DNA of 64,000 nt from assembly GCA_963664225.1 (NCBI GenBank), contig OY760937.1:352001-416000 (forward strand), written 5' to 3'. A model generated the notes under the pieces. It saw only the letters and a program-made list of their open reading frames with translations, searched no databases and was not told where the DNA came from. Each line of letters starts with the position of its first letter. Position 1 is the stretch's first letter. The DNA is from Verrucomicrobiia bacterium. GTDB taxonomy: Bacteria; Verrucomicrobiota; Verrucomicrobiia; Limisphaerales; UBA1319. Made by a program: the position numbers and the translations under genes. Positions 48,561 through 57,861 of this stretch are shown in pieces.

Positions 48561-48593
48561 TTTTGCGAATGAGACTGATAATGAGGCTGGGGA

Positions 48594-48791
48594 CTACTCA
48601 GCCTTTCCGAAAGAACCGCGTCGGCGGCTCTCTCCCTTGCGGATCACCTGCTTGCCTTTCTGGCCTGCGGCGATTCCGTTGCGGTAACTTTCGAGGACTT
48701 TCTCGGAAACCCATCGGACGATGGTTGCCGTATTCTCGGCTCCGTTAAGCTTCTTCAAAAGTTCCGCTTCGAACTGTTCGATGTATGACAT
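48594..48791 (-). CDS. 65-aa hypothetical protein
   Basis: MSYIEQFEAELLKKL...VLESYRNG; first gene of the leftward operon. Confidence 0.65.
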   Translation of the reverse strand: MSYIEQFEAELLKKLNGAENTATIVRWVSEKVLESYRNGIAAGQKGKQVIRKGESRRRGSFGKAE

Positions 48792-49384
48792 TGAAGTTTT
48801 TGTTGGCTGATAAAGTTCGACCTTTGTGCGCGGCGTTCGTAAGACGCCTGCACTCTCGGAATGGCATCCGAAGTCAAGGTTGGGCGAGCGCGGTGGAACG
48901 CCCTCGACCGGGATGGGCTGGAACGACCTTGACCGGATGGTAAAATGGAGAGAGGGCGGCGGCGAAACGAACGAATGCGGTTTGCGATTGGGGGGGTGCG
49001 ACGGACTTCGGGGCAGCAAACAGTATGAGGCGATGAGCCGAATTCCTTTTAACGGGTTAAAAAAGTGCAAAAAGTCGTCCCGGAAACAGTTAGAATCCGT
49101 AAAGAAGCGATAGCGATAACGGGTTAAAAATCGTAAGGGCGGATCAAGCGAGCGGAGACGGTTTCTGAATACTTGGAGGATACCCCGTCACGGCTCGCCC
49201 GCCCGCCAGGACAAAGTCTTGGGACGTTTCGAGACCGGAGGGTTTCCGCCGAAAGGGGAGCGGGGAATGAGGCGGATGCCCGGAGAGTCGAAGAATACTC
49301 GCAAGTCTTTGTCCGTTCCCGCTGTGTCATTGTGTCCCAGTGTCCGGCAGTCGTTTGAACCCGTTTCTAAACTCGTTTCACTCG

Positions 49385-49402
49385 TTAAGGACATGTCCTT
49401 AA
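49385..49402. repeat. 18-bp perfect palindrome among ACTCGT repeats
   Basis: TTAAGGACATGTCCTTAA. Confidence 0.85.
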
Positions 49403-49419
49403 TAGGTCGAAACTCGTCA

Positions 49420-49835
49420 AACCCGTCCGCCGGTGAACTCGTTTTCGCGTGAGCGATGAGGGAGGTTTTTGGCGAGCACGGCTTCCACACAAACAGCAGC
49501 CGTGCGAGCCATAAAACCGACCGAAGTCGGGGATGCCGTCAAGCGGACAAACCACGACAAAACGACGGTAAACACAGGATGCCGTTGATTCGCAGGGTAT
49601 CCCCGCCGTGGGGACAGGTGCGGGGATAGGTTCGAGGATACCCTTTTTCAAAGAGACAACGGGGTTCGAATCTCGTAGTCTCCACTCAATCAACGGTGCA
49701 GATTTTTGTGAAAAGATCTTCGAACATTGTCCAAAAGAGTCTGCCTCAAACGCGAGGCAAAAAGTTGGATTGCACGTTCACGACGATGTTTGCCCTCGAA
49801 AGAAAGTTCGAGCGGCGTTATACAGAGGCACCACT
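49420..49835. repeat. attR arm; 416-bp inverted repeat of 19695-20110
   Basis: Identical ORF-track translations in both copies; ends in GCACCACT; encodes the detached integrase tail on the minus strand. Confidence 0.95.
49610..49684 (+). ncRNA. Degenerate tRNA-like element (mirror copy 19846-19920, minus strand)
   Basis: 75 nt; GGGGAC/GTCTCC ends, GGTTCGAATC loop, resemblance to tRNA-Glu 3' half; stems imperfect, no CCA. Confidence 0.35.
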
Positions 49836-50131
49836 TCCATTATTTTATCCCAGGCAACCGCAATTTGCCCGATTTTATTGGTTGTTTTTCATTTTTATGT
49901 CCCACTCGAGACGTGGTCCACGGCATATCGACAGTGTTCCTTTTCGCCAGCTAAACACACTTTTCAGGTTGGAATAGTGGCTGGAACGGTTTTTCGACGT
50001 CAATCTTCAGGGATTTGTCTGAAAACGGTTCATTGGGAGGATTTTCCAGCGTTCCTCGCCCATCTGAACACGCCATCAGCTTCACAGGAGCGATCCTGAG
50101 ACCAAAAAAACTCAATAAAATGGGTCCAGCT

Positions 50132-51286
50132 TTACGGCGTTCTCAAGCGGTAAATGCGTGCGGGATAATTCGTCCACTCGGGATCGCTGAAATGGGCCAT
50201 ACCGTCGGTGAGGGTGTTGGTTTGGAGTGGAGACCACGTGGGATTGGCCAGGTTGGTGCAGGCGTCCACGGCGACGGACACGTTTGTTGCCCAGGAAATG
50301 GTGAATCCGAAGCCGTTGGAATTGACGCCAAAGTCGTTACCAAAGTTAAGGATCTGCGGGTTTGGAAGCACCCATTGCGCTGTGGGACGGCCACCATAAG
50401 CCGTGTCCCAGCCAGAAGTGCCCGGCAAGTAATAGACGGTCGCATTGGTGCAATCAAAAAACACATCTTCCTCAAGGCTGGATGCATTGCCTTTAAAATA
50501 GATTCCATTCAGGTTTATACACGATCGGAATGCATTATTCCTAATACTGGTAACGCTCTTTGGGATTGTGACACTTGTAAGATTGTTACACAGAACGAAC
50601 GCAGAATCCCCGATGTTGGTGACACCGTTTAGTATGGCGCAGTTTGTCAGGCCGAAGCAGGCAGCAAACGCCTTATTTCCAATGCTTGTGACGCTATTTG
50701 GTATCGTGACGGACTCCAGTCTGAGGCTATAATAGAATGCCCAATCTCCGATGTTAATGATCCCGTTGGTCATACTGATGCTGATCAGGCCAAAGCATTC
50801 ACTGAACGCATAACTTCCTATGCTCTTGACGCTGTCGGGGATGGTGATGTTCCTAATAAACCTGCATGTTTTGAATGCGGAATCTCCAATGTTGGTGACA
50901 CTATTGGGAATCGTAATATCTGTCAGAACCTCGCAGTTGCTGAATGCATTTGTTCCGATGCTGGTAACGCTATTGGGGATTGTGACACTGGTCAGGCTGA
51001 AGCAACAATAGAATGCATCGTTCCCAATGCTGGTCACGCTGTCGGGGATCGTGACACTTACAAGATCGGAAAGCCGTGCGAATGCCATATCGCCGATTCT
51101 GGTGACAGTTATGCCATTGAGTTCATCTGGGATGGTGACTGCACCTCCGGGACCTGTGTATCCCGTGATGGTAATGGCTCCATTATTGGTTGTGTAAGTA
51201 TAATCGGATTGGGCCTGTGCGAACGCACAAATGTGGAATACCACAAATGCCGCCATAATTGCAGATAAAGTTTTGTTGAATCCCAT
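50132..51286 (-). CDS. BspA-type leucine-rich repeat surface protein
   Basis: Signal peptide; repeats LTSVTIPNSVTSIG..AF..C. Confidence 0.92.
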   Translation of the reverse strand: MGFNKTLSAIMAAFVVFHICAFAQAQSDYTYTTNNGAITITGYTGPGGAVTIPDELNGITVTRIGDMAFARLSDLVSVTIPDSVTSIGNDAFYCCFSLTSVTIPNSVTSIGTNAFSNCEVLTDITIPNSVTNIGDSAFKTCRFIRNITIPDSVKSIGSYAFSECFGLISISMTNGIINIGDWAFYYSLRLESVTIPNSVTSIGNKAFAACFGLTNCAILNGVTNIGDSAFVLCNNLTSVTIPKSVTSIRNNAFRSCINLNGIYFKGNASSLEEDVFFDCTNATVYYLPGTSGWDTAYGGRPTAQWVLPNPQILNFGNDFGVNSNGFGFTISWATNVSVAVDACTNLANPTWSPLQTNTLTDGMAHFSDPEWTNYPARIYRLRTP

Positions 51287-51606
51287 CGTAATGGCCTCCC
51301 TCAGCCCAGTTGAATCCGTCGTTATTCCATGGCTTTAGACCGCATATCACGACCATTATCAGTGTGGAATGGAGAAAGCAAGCCAAACTCTTGATGTTTT
51401 GCCGAAATGCTTGATTCGACGATGATTTTCTGGCATAGGTGGTGACATGCCCAGCCGATCTGAAATAGGCGTTTTGCGCGCGTCCACCAGGACGGGTGGA
51501 GGCTGGATTGTTGCGGGCTTCTTTTTTCAATTTTCAAATCACAACAGAATAGCCGCCAATGGCGCAATGACGTTTCATTGGCCGTGCTGCTGAGTAAGAT
51601 GAGGTT

Positions 51607-52926
51607 ATGAATTACACTTCCCTACAAAACACGGCGGTTTTATTGGGCGTGCTGGTGGCCGGGGTATTCGGCGGTTCCAGCGCATTGTTCGCTCAATCCC
51701 GGGGCATCAACCAGGACGAGAGCAAAGTGCCGCCCTATGTGCTGCCGGATCTTTTGCGCCAGGCCGATGGCACCCGCGTCACCACCCGGCAATCCTGGGA
51801 GGCGAACCGTCGCCCGGAGATTTTGCGTTTTTACGAAACCCAGATGTATGGGCGCAGTCCCGCCCGGCCCGGCGACATGCGTTTTGTGGTGACGGTGACG
51901 GATACCAATGCCCTGGGCGGACTCGCCATTCGCAAGGAGGTGACCATTCAGCTTTCGAAATCGCCGGAAGCGCCGCAGATTCACTTGTTGATGTATGTGC
52001 CCAAAAAAGCCATGGCGACGAGGGAACGTCCGCCGGTGTTTTTGGGTCTGAATTTTTCCGGCAATCAAACCGTAAGCGCCGATCCGGGGATCACTTTGCA
52101 CGAACAGTGGGCAAAGTCGGAGAATAATGGCCCCCTGGTCAGGCGAATGCCCGCCGAATCAACCCGTGGAAAGGAGGCCAGCAGTTGGCAGGTGGAAAAG
52201 ATCCTGCAGCGGGGATATTCGCTGGCCACGTTCCATTATTGGGATGTGGAGCCGGACGATGCGGATGCCTATGAACACAGTGTGCGCGCGGTGTTTCCCA
52301 AGCCCAACACCGGCAAACCGGGACCGGACGAGTGGGGCGCCATCGCGGCGTGGGCCTGGGGAGCAAGCTGCGCCATGGATTACCTGGCGACCGATCGGGA
52401 TATCCAGGCGTCCAAAGTGGCATTGATGGGGCATTCGCGTCTGGGCAAGACGGCCTTGTGGGCGGGCGCGCAGGACAATCGTTTTGCGGTGGTCATCTCC
52501 AACGACTCTGGGGAGGGTGGCGCGGCGTTGAGCCGACGCTGGTTTGGGGAAACCGTGGACCGCATCAATACGGTGTTTCCGCATTGGTTCTGCGGCAATT
52601 ACAAGCAATACAGCAATAACGAAGACAAGCTGCCCATGGACCAGCACATGCTGATCGCCCTGATGGCGCCCCGGCCCGTTTATGTGGCCAGCGCCGAACA
52701 GGATCTCTGGGCCGATCCCAAAGGGGAATTTCTCGCGGCGCTGAATGCGGAACCGGCCTACCGGCTCTACGGGCTGGAAGGCTTGGGCGCGACGGAAATG
52801 CCGGGCATCGAGCAACCGATTGGCAAATTCATCGGCTACCATATCCGCCATGGCAAACATGATGTGACGGACTACGATTGGGACCGTTACCTTGACTTTG
52901 CAGACCGGCATTTTGGCCGGAAATGA
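51607..52926 (+). CDS. CE15 family esterase (glucuronoyl esterase-like)
   Basis: GAIAAWAWG, GHSRLGK, DQHMLIALMAPRP, WADPKGE. Confidence 0.85.
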   Translation: MNYTSLQNTAVLLGVLVAGVFGGSSALFAQSRGINQDESKVPPYVLPDLLRQADGTRVTTRQSWEANRRPEILRFYETQMYGRSPARPGDMRFVVTVTDTNALGGLAIRKEVTIQLSKSPEAPQIHLLMYVPKKAMATRERPPVFLGLNFSGNQTVSADPGITLHEQWAKSENNGPLVRRMPAESTRGKEASSWQVEKILQRGYSLATFHYWDVEPDDADAYEHSVRAVFPKPNTGKPGPDEWGAIAAWAWGASCAMDYLATDRDIQASKVALMGHSRLGKTALWAGAQDNRFAVVISNDSGEGGAALSRRWFGETVDRINTVFPHWFCGNYKQYSNNEDKLPMDQHMLIALMAPRPVYVASAEQDLWADPKGEFLAALNAEPAYRLYGLEGLGATEMPGIEQPIGKFIGYHIRHGKHDVTDYDWDRYLDFADRHFGRK

Positions 52927-52990
52927 GCGGACGGCTGTTCCATGACCCAACCAGGAAGTTGGCCGCTGGGGACAGTGCCGGTCGCTTTCC

Positions 52991-53965
52991 TCAGCGCAAC
53001 TCGGTGGTGTGGCGTTTCAGCCAGTCGAGATCGTTCTGAATTTGCGCAACGGTGACACCGGGCATCTGCGCCGAATGGTTGTGCCAGAAGCCGTCGGTCT
53101 CGGGCAAATTCGGGTTGTTAAATTTGGGATTGGTCCATTTGTGGGATTCGGCGTGGCCATCGGCAAACGCGAAATTCGAGGATTTGCCATGGTAGTTGCC
53201 CGGAACATGATAGACGGTGTTATTATCCATATGCACACCGAATTGGGGTCTGCAGATGCTGAAGGGATGGATCTCGCCAAACAAAAAGTAATTGTTGGGG
53301 CGGGGGACCTCGGCGGTTTTTTTGAAGACCCGATATTTGTCGCTGGGTTCGTTGTGCATGAGAACCCCTTCCCAGCCAAAGAACGTGTTCATGCTGTAGC
53401 TTCTTGGCCGCATGAATGTCTGGCCGCCCTTGACGATCGGTTTTCGATCCCCCGGACAGCGGAATGAGGCCCGGGCTTTGAGATACGGGGCCAGCAATGA
53501 GAGTTTGGGCGACACCAGGCCCGCCGCAGAAGCGTCATCGGTCAGATTCGACCCCTCGCGGCCCTCCGCCCAAACACTCGCAACATAATTGGCGGGCGGA
53601 TTAAGCAGATTGACGTTGGCATCTCCGCCTCCATTGGCCGGCCATCGGTCATTGTAATCGGTGGCATAGATCTGTGCGGCGAGACCCATTTGTCTTACAT
53701 TATTAATGCAGGAAATACTGCTGGCCTTGCTCTTGGCGGTGGACAGGGCCGGCAAGAGCATGGATGCGAGAATGGCAATGATGGCGATGACGACCAAAAG
53801 CTCAATCAAGGTGAACGCTCTTTGCTCAGAAAACGCGGGTGTTCTGAAAGACCGCCTGATAAACGTGGGAATTTGCACGACCTGACACTGGAGCACCTCC
53901 CGCCGACGGTCAAGCGGGATGTCCTTCAGATTGCGTAATAAGACAGTCCCGGCGACGTGCGGCAA
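52991..53965 (-). CDS. Prepilin-type N-terminal cleavage / DUF1559 / H-X9-DG protein (start uncertain)
   Basis: [38 protein letters not shown]. Confidence 0.9.
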   Translation of the reverse strand: MPHVAGTVLLRNLKDIPLDRRREVLQCQVVQIPTFIRRSFRTPAFSEQRAFTLIELLVVIAIIAILASMLLPALSTAKSKASSISCINNVRQMGLAAQIYATDYNDRWPANGGGDANVNLLNPPANYVASVWAEGREGSNLTDDASAAGLVSPKLSLLAPYLKARASFRCPGDRKPIVKGGQTFMRPRSYSMNTFFGWEGVLMHNEPSDKYRVFKKTAEVPRPNNYFLFGEIHPFSICRPQFGVHMDNNTVYHVPGNYHGKSSNFAFADGHAESHKWTNPKFNNPNLPETDGFWHNHSAQMPGVTVAQIQNDLDWLKRHTTELR

Positions 53966-54192
53966 ATTCAGGCTTTTTTATTGGCGAATTACTGGACAAC
54001 CTAAATGGGCCTTGGAATGGTCTGCACCCAATATCATACGGTTTTCCACCGGGTGGGTGCCCGTAACAATCGGCAGGCAATGAGAGAACAAAACCACCGA
54101 TTGGTATTTGGACCCCATCAGACTGCGGCAGTCATTATCGCTGAACCTTTGTAAGGATTTATCTTGGAACAATCCGCTTTATAATTTCGTGA

Positions 54193-56022
54193 TTATTGCA
54201 CCAGGATTGCGCGGTATAATCCCTGAGTGAAGCCTTTATAAACCAGAATTCGCTTTTGCGTGGTGGTGGCGGTGACGGTGACTTCTGTCTGCCAGACTCC
54301 CCCGAGTGCGGTCACGCTCTGGATTTTGTATTGTTTACCCGGCACCGTCTGCAAATACAAGGCATGGTCCGTGGGGCCCAAGGCGGTTTTATCCGCATCG
54401 ATCAAATCTTCCGGGCGAGGTGCATTTTCAAATGACAGTTTTGAATTCGGATTGGTCGGATCAGTGCCTGCCTGCATCTCTGCCAGATTGGTCATGCCGT
54501 CCTGGTCCGCGTCATCCGTCTCCGCGCTGGAGTTTGGATATTTGTCCAACAAACCAACGCTCATTGCCCATTCCTGATAGGTTGGCTGCTGGATCCATAT
54601 TGCCGTGGGTCTGCCAGAATAGGTCGGGCCCCAGCCAGTGGTTCCTTCACGGTAGTGAACGATCACATCAGTGGCGCCCTGGAACGGATCGGGAATGGCT
54701 ACAGGCGCGTTACCCTCAAAATAGACTCCTGTAAGATTGGTGCATGAATAGAACGCCTGAGAGCCGAGCGTGGTGACACTGCCGGGGATGATGATGCTCT
54801 TGAGCCCGGTGCAGTTGTAGAATGCCAGATCCCCAATGGTGGTGACCGTGTCGGGGATGGTGACGTTCTTTAATTCAATGCAGCCATTGAACATCCCATA
54901 GCCGACGATCGGGACGCCATTGCCGATGATCGCATTTGTCAGGCTGGTGCAGGTGGCGAACACGTGCGCCCCAATGCTGGAGACACTCTTCCCAATCATT
55001 ACACTCTTCAGGCCGCTGCAGCCAATGAAGGCCTCCGCCCCGATGCTGGTGACGCTGTTGGGAATCGTGACGCTGGTCAGGCCGATGCAACCACGGAAGG
55101 CATACATGCCGATGCTGGTGACACTGTCGGGTATGGTGATATTTGTCAGTCCGGTGCAGCCTTCGAACGTATAATCCACGATGTTGGTCACACCGTTTCC
55201 AATGGTCACATTCGTCAGGCCGGTGCAGTTATAGAATGCCTGGACTCCGATGTTGGTGACGCTGTCAGGAATCGTGATACTCCTGAGGCCGGAGCACCAA
55301 AAGAATGCCGCATATTCGATGCTTGTGACGTTGTTGGGAATCGTGATGCCCTGGAGCCCTCGGCACGAATTGAACGCATTGGCCCCGATGGTGGTGACGC
55401 CGTTGCCGATTACCACATTGGTCAGACTGGCGCACCAAAGGAATGCCTTATTCCCAATGGTGGTGACACTGTCAGGAATCGTGATGTTCGTGAGCCCCGA
55501 GCAGTTATAGAAGGCCTGATAACCAATGGTGGTGACTTTGGATGGGATGGTGATGCCCGTCAGGCCAGGGCAACCGTCGAAAGTATTATTGGCGATGTTT
55601 GTCAGGCTGTTGCCCAATATCGCATTCGTCAGGCCAGTGCAGCCATAGAACAATTGGATTCCAATGCCGCTGACACTGTTGGGGATGGTGATGCTTTTCA
55701 AGCTGGTGCAACCGTCGAACACATTATTCCCAATGGTGACGATGCCTTCAGGGACTATCACACTTGTCAGGCTGGTGTCTTTTTGGAACGCGTAGTCCCC
55801 GAGAGTAGTGACCGGGGTGCCGCGAATATTGTCTGGAACCGTCACATTGGCTTCAGATCCGTTATATTTTGTGATGGTTACTGAAGTGCCGTCTGTCGAG
55901 TAGGTGAAATTCCCATACAATTCAGCTCTGCCCAGGGTAAACATGCCTGATAATAGAAGAAGAATTGACACGAGGCTCCACTGCGAGACGTTTCCGACTA
56001 TAATTCGTTTCGTTATCGTCAT
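54193..56022 (-). CDS. BspA-type leucine-rich repeat surface protein with DxDxDG motif
   Basis: Many 23-aa LRR units; DADQDGMTNLAEMQAGTDP. Confidence 0.92.
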   Translation of the reverse strand: MTITKRIIVGNVSQWSLVSILLLLSGMFTLGRAELYGNFTYSTDGTSVTITKYNGSEANVTVPDNIRGTPVTTLGDYAFQKDTSLTSVIVPEGIVTIGNNVFDGCTSLKSITIPNSVSGIGIQLFYGCTGLTNAILGNSLTNIANNTFDGCPGLTGITIPSKVTTIGYQAFYNCSGLTNITIPDSVTTIGNKAFLWCASLTNVVIGNGVTTIGANAFNSCRGLQGITIPNNVTSIEYAAFFWCSGLRSITIPDSVTNIGVQAFYNCTGLTNVTIGNGVTNIVDYTFEGCTGLTNITIPDSVTSIGMYAFRGCIGLTSVTIPNSVTSIGAEAFIGCSGLKSVMIGKSVSSIGAHVFATCTSLTNAIIGNGVPIVGYGMFNGCIELKNVTIPDTVTTIGDLAFYNCTGLKSIIIPGSVTTLGSQAFYSCTNLTGVYFEGNAPVAIPDPFQGATDVIVHYREGTTGWGPTYSGRPTAIWIQQPTYQEWAMSVGLLDKYPNSSAETDDADQDGMTNLAEMQAGTDPTNPNSKLSFENAPRPEDLIDADKTALGPTDHALYLQTVPGKQYKIQSVTALGGVWQTEVTVTATTTQKRILVYKGFTQGLYRAILVQ

Positions 56023-56322
56023 AAGGGCCTTTTACCACTTGCCTGTCCTTATGCAAGACAAATCATGAAGTATTTTCAAGGGCGAATTGAATCCGATTTC
56101 AAGGTATTGAGGAAACCAGATTGAGTGAAAGCCATGGCGCCATTAATTCACGCAAAAGAGAAACGGGAAACCGGAGGCAACAAACATGAATTAAGGGAAC
56201 TGTTTCAATGGATTTGAATGGTTTCAACCATTGTCGGCTTGGGTTCCGTCCTGCTGAATTTCTGCATGGCTTGGCTTTACAACGCTGATGAACCTTGGAA
56301 TGTTATTGGCTCAGGACTGACC

Positions 56323-57858
56323 ATGATAAACCAACTATTCCGGATCAAGAGCCTGACCAGGATCAATGCCGACCTGCAGGCCGAAGGAGGCCATCGCCTG
56401 AAAAAGACCCTTGGGCCGCTCGATTTGGTCGCGTTGGGAATTGGCGCGGTGATCGGCGCGGGAATTTTCACGGTGATCGGCACGGCTGCGGCGGGAGGGG
56501 CCTCCCATATCGGAGCCGGGCCGGCGGTGTCTCTCTCATTTCTCATTACGGCCGTGGCGTGCGCCTTCTGCGCGCTGGCTTACGCCGAGTTTGCCTCGAT
56601 GGTGCCCATTTCCGGCAGCGCCTACACGTATTCTTATGCCACGCTGGGGGAGGTTGTGGCGTGGATCATTGGGTGGGATCTGATATTGGAATACGGCATC
56701 GGGAATGTGGCGGTGGCCATCGGTTGGTCCGGCTATTTCCATCATTTGATGGAAGGCTTTGGACTTCACATACCGGGCTGGCTCTCGGTGGATTACCATT
56801 CCGCGCATCTCGCCTATTTGGAAACCGTCAAAAGCGGCGGCACAGTGGTTCCGGGAACGAACCTTGCGATGGAGGCCTGGCAAAATCACCCGGTGCTGTT
56901 CGGCATTCCCGTCATCTTTAATTCCCTGGCTTTTGGGATCGTCCTGCTGCTCACCTGGCTCCTATGCATCGGCATCAAGGAATCCGCGTGGACCAATAAC
57001 GCGATGGTCATGATTAAACTGGTGATACTGACCTTTTTCATCGGGCTGGGCGCCTACCACGTCGATCCTCAGAACTGGACTCCTTTCATGCCCAATGGAT
57101 TCAATGGTGTGTGGGTGGGCGCCAGCCTGGTGTTTTTTGCGTTCATCGGATTCGATGCCGTATCGACCGCCGCCGAGGAATGCAAGAATCCGGGACGCGA
57201 CCTGCCGATTGGGATCATCGGATCGCTGGTGATCTGCACTGTTTTCTATGTGGCTTCAGCCATCGTGGTCACGGGGCTGGTTTCATGGAAAACACTCGGT
57301 GTTCCCGATCCCCTGGCGGCGGCGTTGTCGCAGGTGGGGCTGAACTGGGCCGCCGGAATCGTCGCCTTCGGGGCGGTGATTTCCATTTCCTCCGTGTTGC
57401 TGGTCTTTCAGTTGAGCCAGCCGCGCATTTTCTTCTCCATGGGACGCGACGGTCTGCTGCCGAAATGGTTTTCAACCGTTCATCCAAAATACAAAACCCC
57501 GGCCAATTCGACCATTCTGACCGGTGTCGTGGTAGCCGTGGTGGCCGGGTTCACCAATATCAATGAAATGGTGGAACTGACCAACATTGGCACGCTGTTC
57601 GCCTTCATCCTGGTCAGCGCGGGCATCATCGTTCTTCGCATCACAGATCCCAAGCATCCCCGCATTTTCAGAACCCCGTGGGTTCCCTGGGTGCCGCTGG
57701 CCGGTATGATCATGTGCGGTTACTTGATGCTGGGACTGCCGCGCATCACCTGGATCCGCTTCTTCATCTGGCTGGCCATCGGGCTGGTGATCTATTTCGT
57801 CTACAGTTATAAACACAGTGTCCTCCGAAAACGCGACAGGGCCGTTGGAAAGGCTTGA
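56323..57858 (+). CDS. APC family amino acid permease
   Basis: GIGAVIGAGIF, GSAYTY, FIGFDAVST; start taken at MINQLF. Confidence 0.92.
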   Translation: MINQLFRIKSLTRINADLQAEGGHRLKKTLGPLDLVALGIGAVIGAGIFTVIGTAAAGGASHIGAGPAVSLSFLITAVACAFCALAYAEFASMVPISGSAYTYSYATLGEVVAWIIGWDLILEYGIGNVAVAIGWSGYFHHLMEGFGLHIPGWLSVDYHSAHLAYLETVKSGGTVVPGTNLAMEAWQNHPVLFGIPVIFNSLAFGIVLLLTWLLCIGIKESAWTNNAMVMIKLVILTFFIGLGAYHVDPQNWTPFMPNGFNGVWVGASLVFFAFIGFDAVSTAAEECKNPGRDLPIGIIGSLVICTVFYVASAIVVTGLVSWKTLGVPDPLAAALSQVGLNWAAGIVAFGAVISISSVLLVFQLSQPRIFFSMGRDGLLPKWFSTVHPKYKTPANSTILTGVVVAVVAGFTNINEMVELTNIGTLFAFILVSAGIIVLRITDPKHPRIFRTPWVPWVPLAGMIMCGYLMLGLPRITWIRFFIWLAIGLVIYFVYSYKHSVLRKRDRAVGKA

Positions 57859-57861
57859 TCC

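Larger units (their letters stand above)
17821..49835. mobile_element. ~32 kb integrative (probably mobilizable) element at tRNA-Leu
   Basis: GCACCACT direct repeat at 17821-17828 and 49828-49835; serine recombinase, relaxase, coupling ATPases, primase, ArdC; junction independently confirmed by the internal attP copy. Confidence 0.92.

Noticed and set aside
49610..49684. Functional tRNA-Glu gene
   Set aside because: D and anticodon stems do not pair properly and there is no CCA; kept only as tRNA-like
17821..49835. Prophage
   Set aside because: No terminase, capsid, tail or lysis genes recognisable
50600..55760. Periodic ~69-bp DNA repeats as CRISPR or DGR template/variable repeats
   Set aside because: They are coding LRR units; no reverse transcriptase and no adenine-specific divergence noticed
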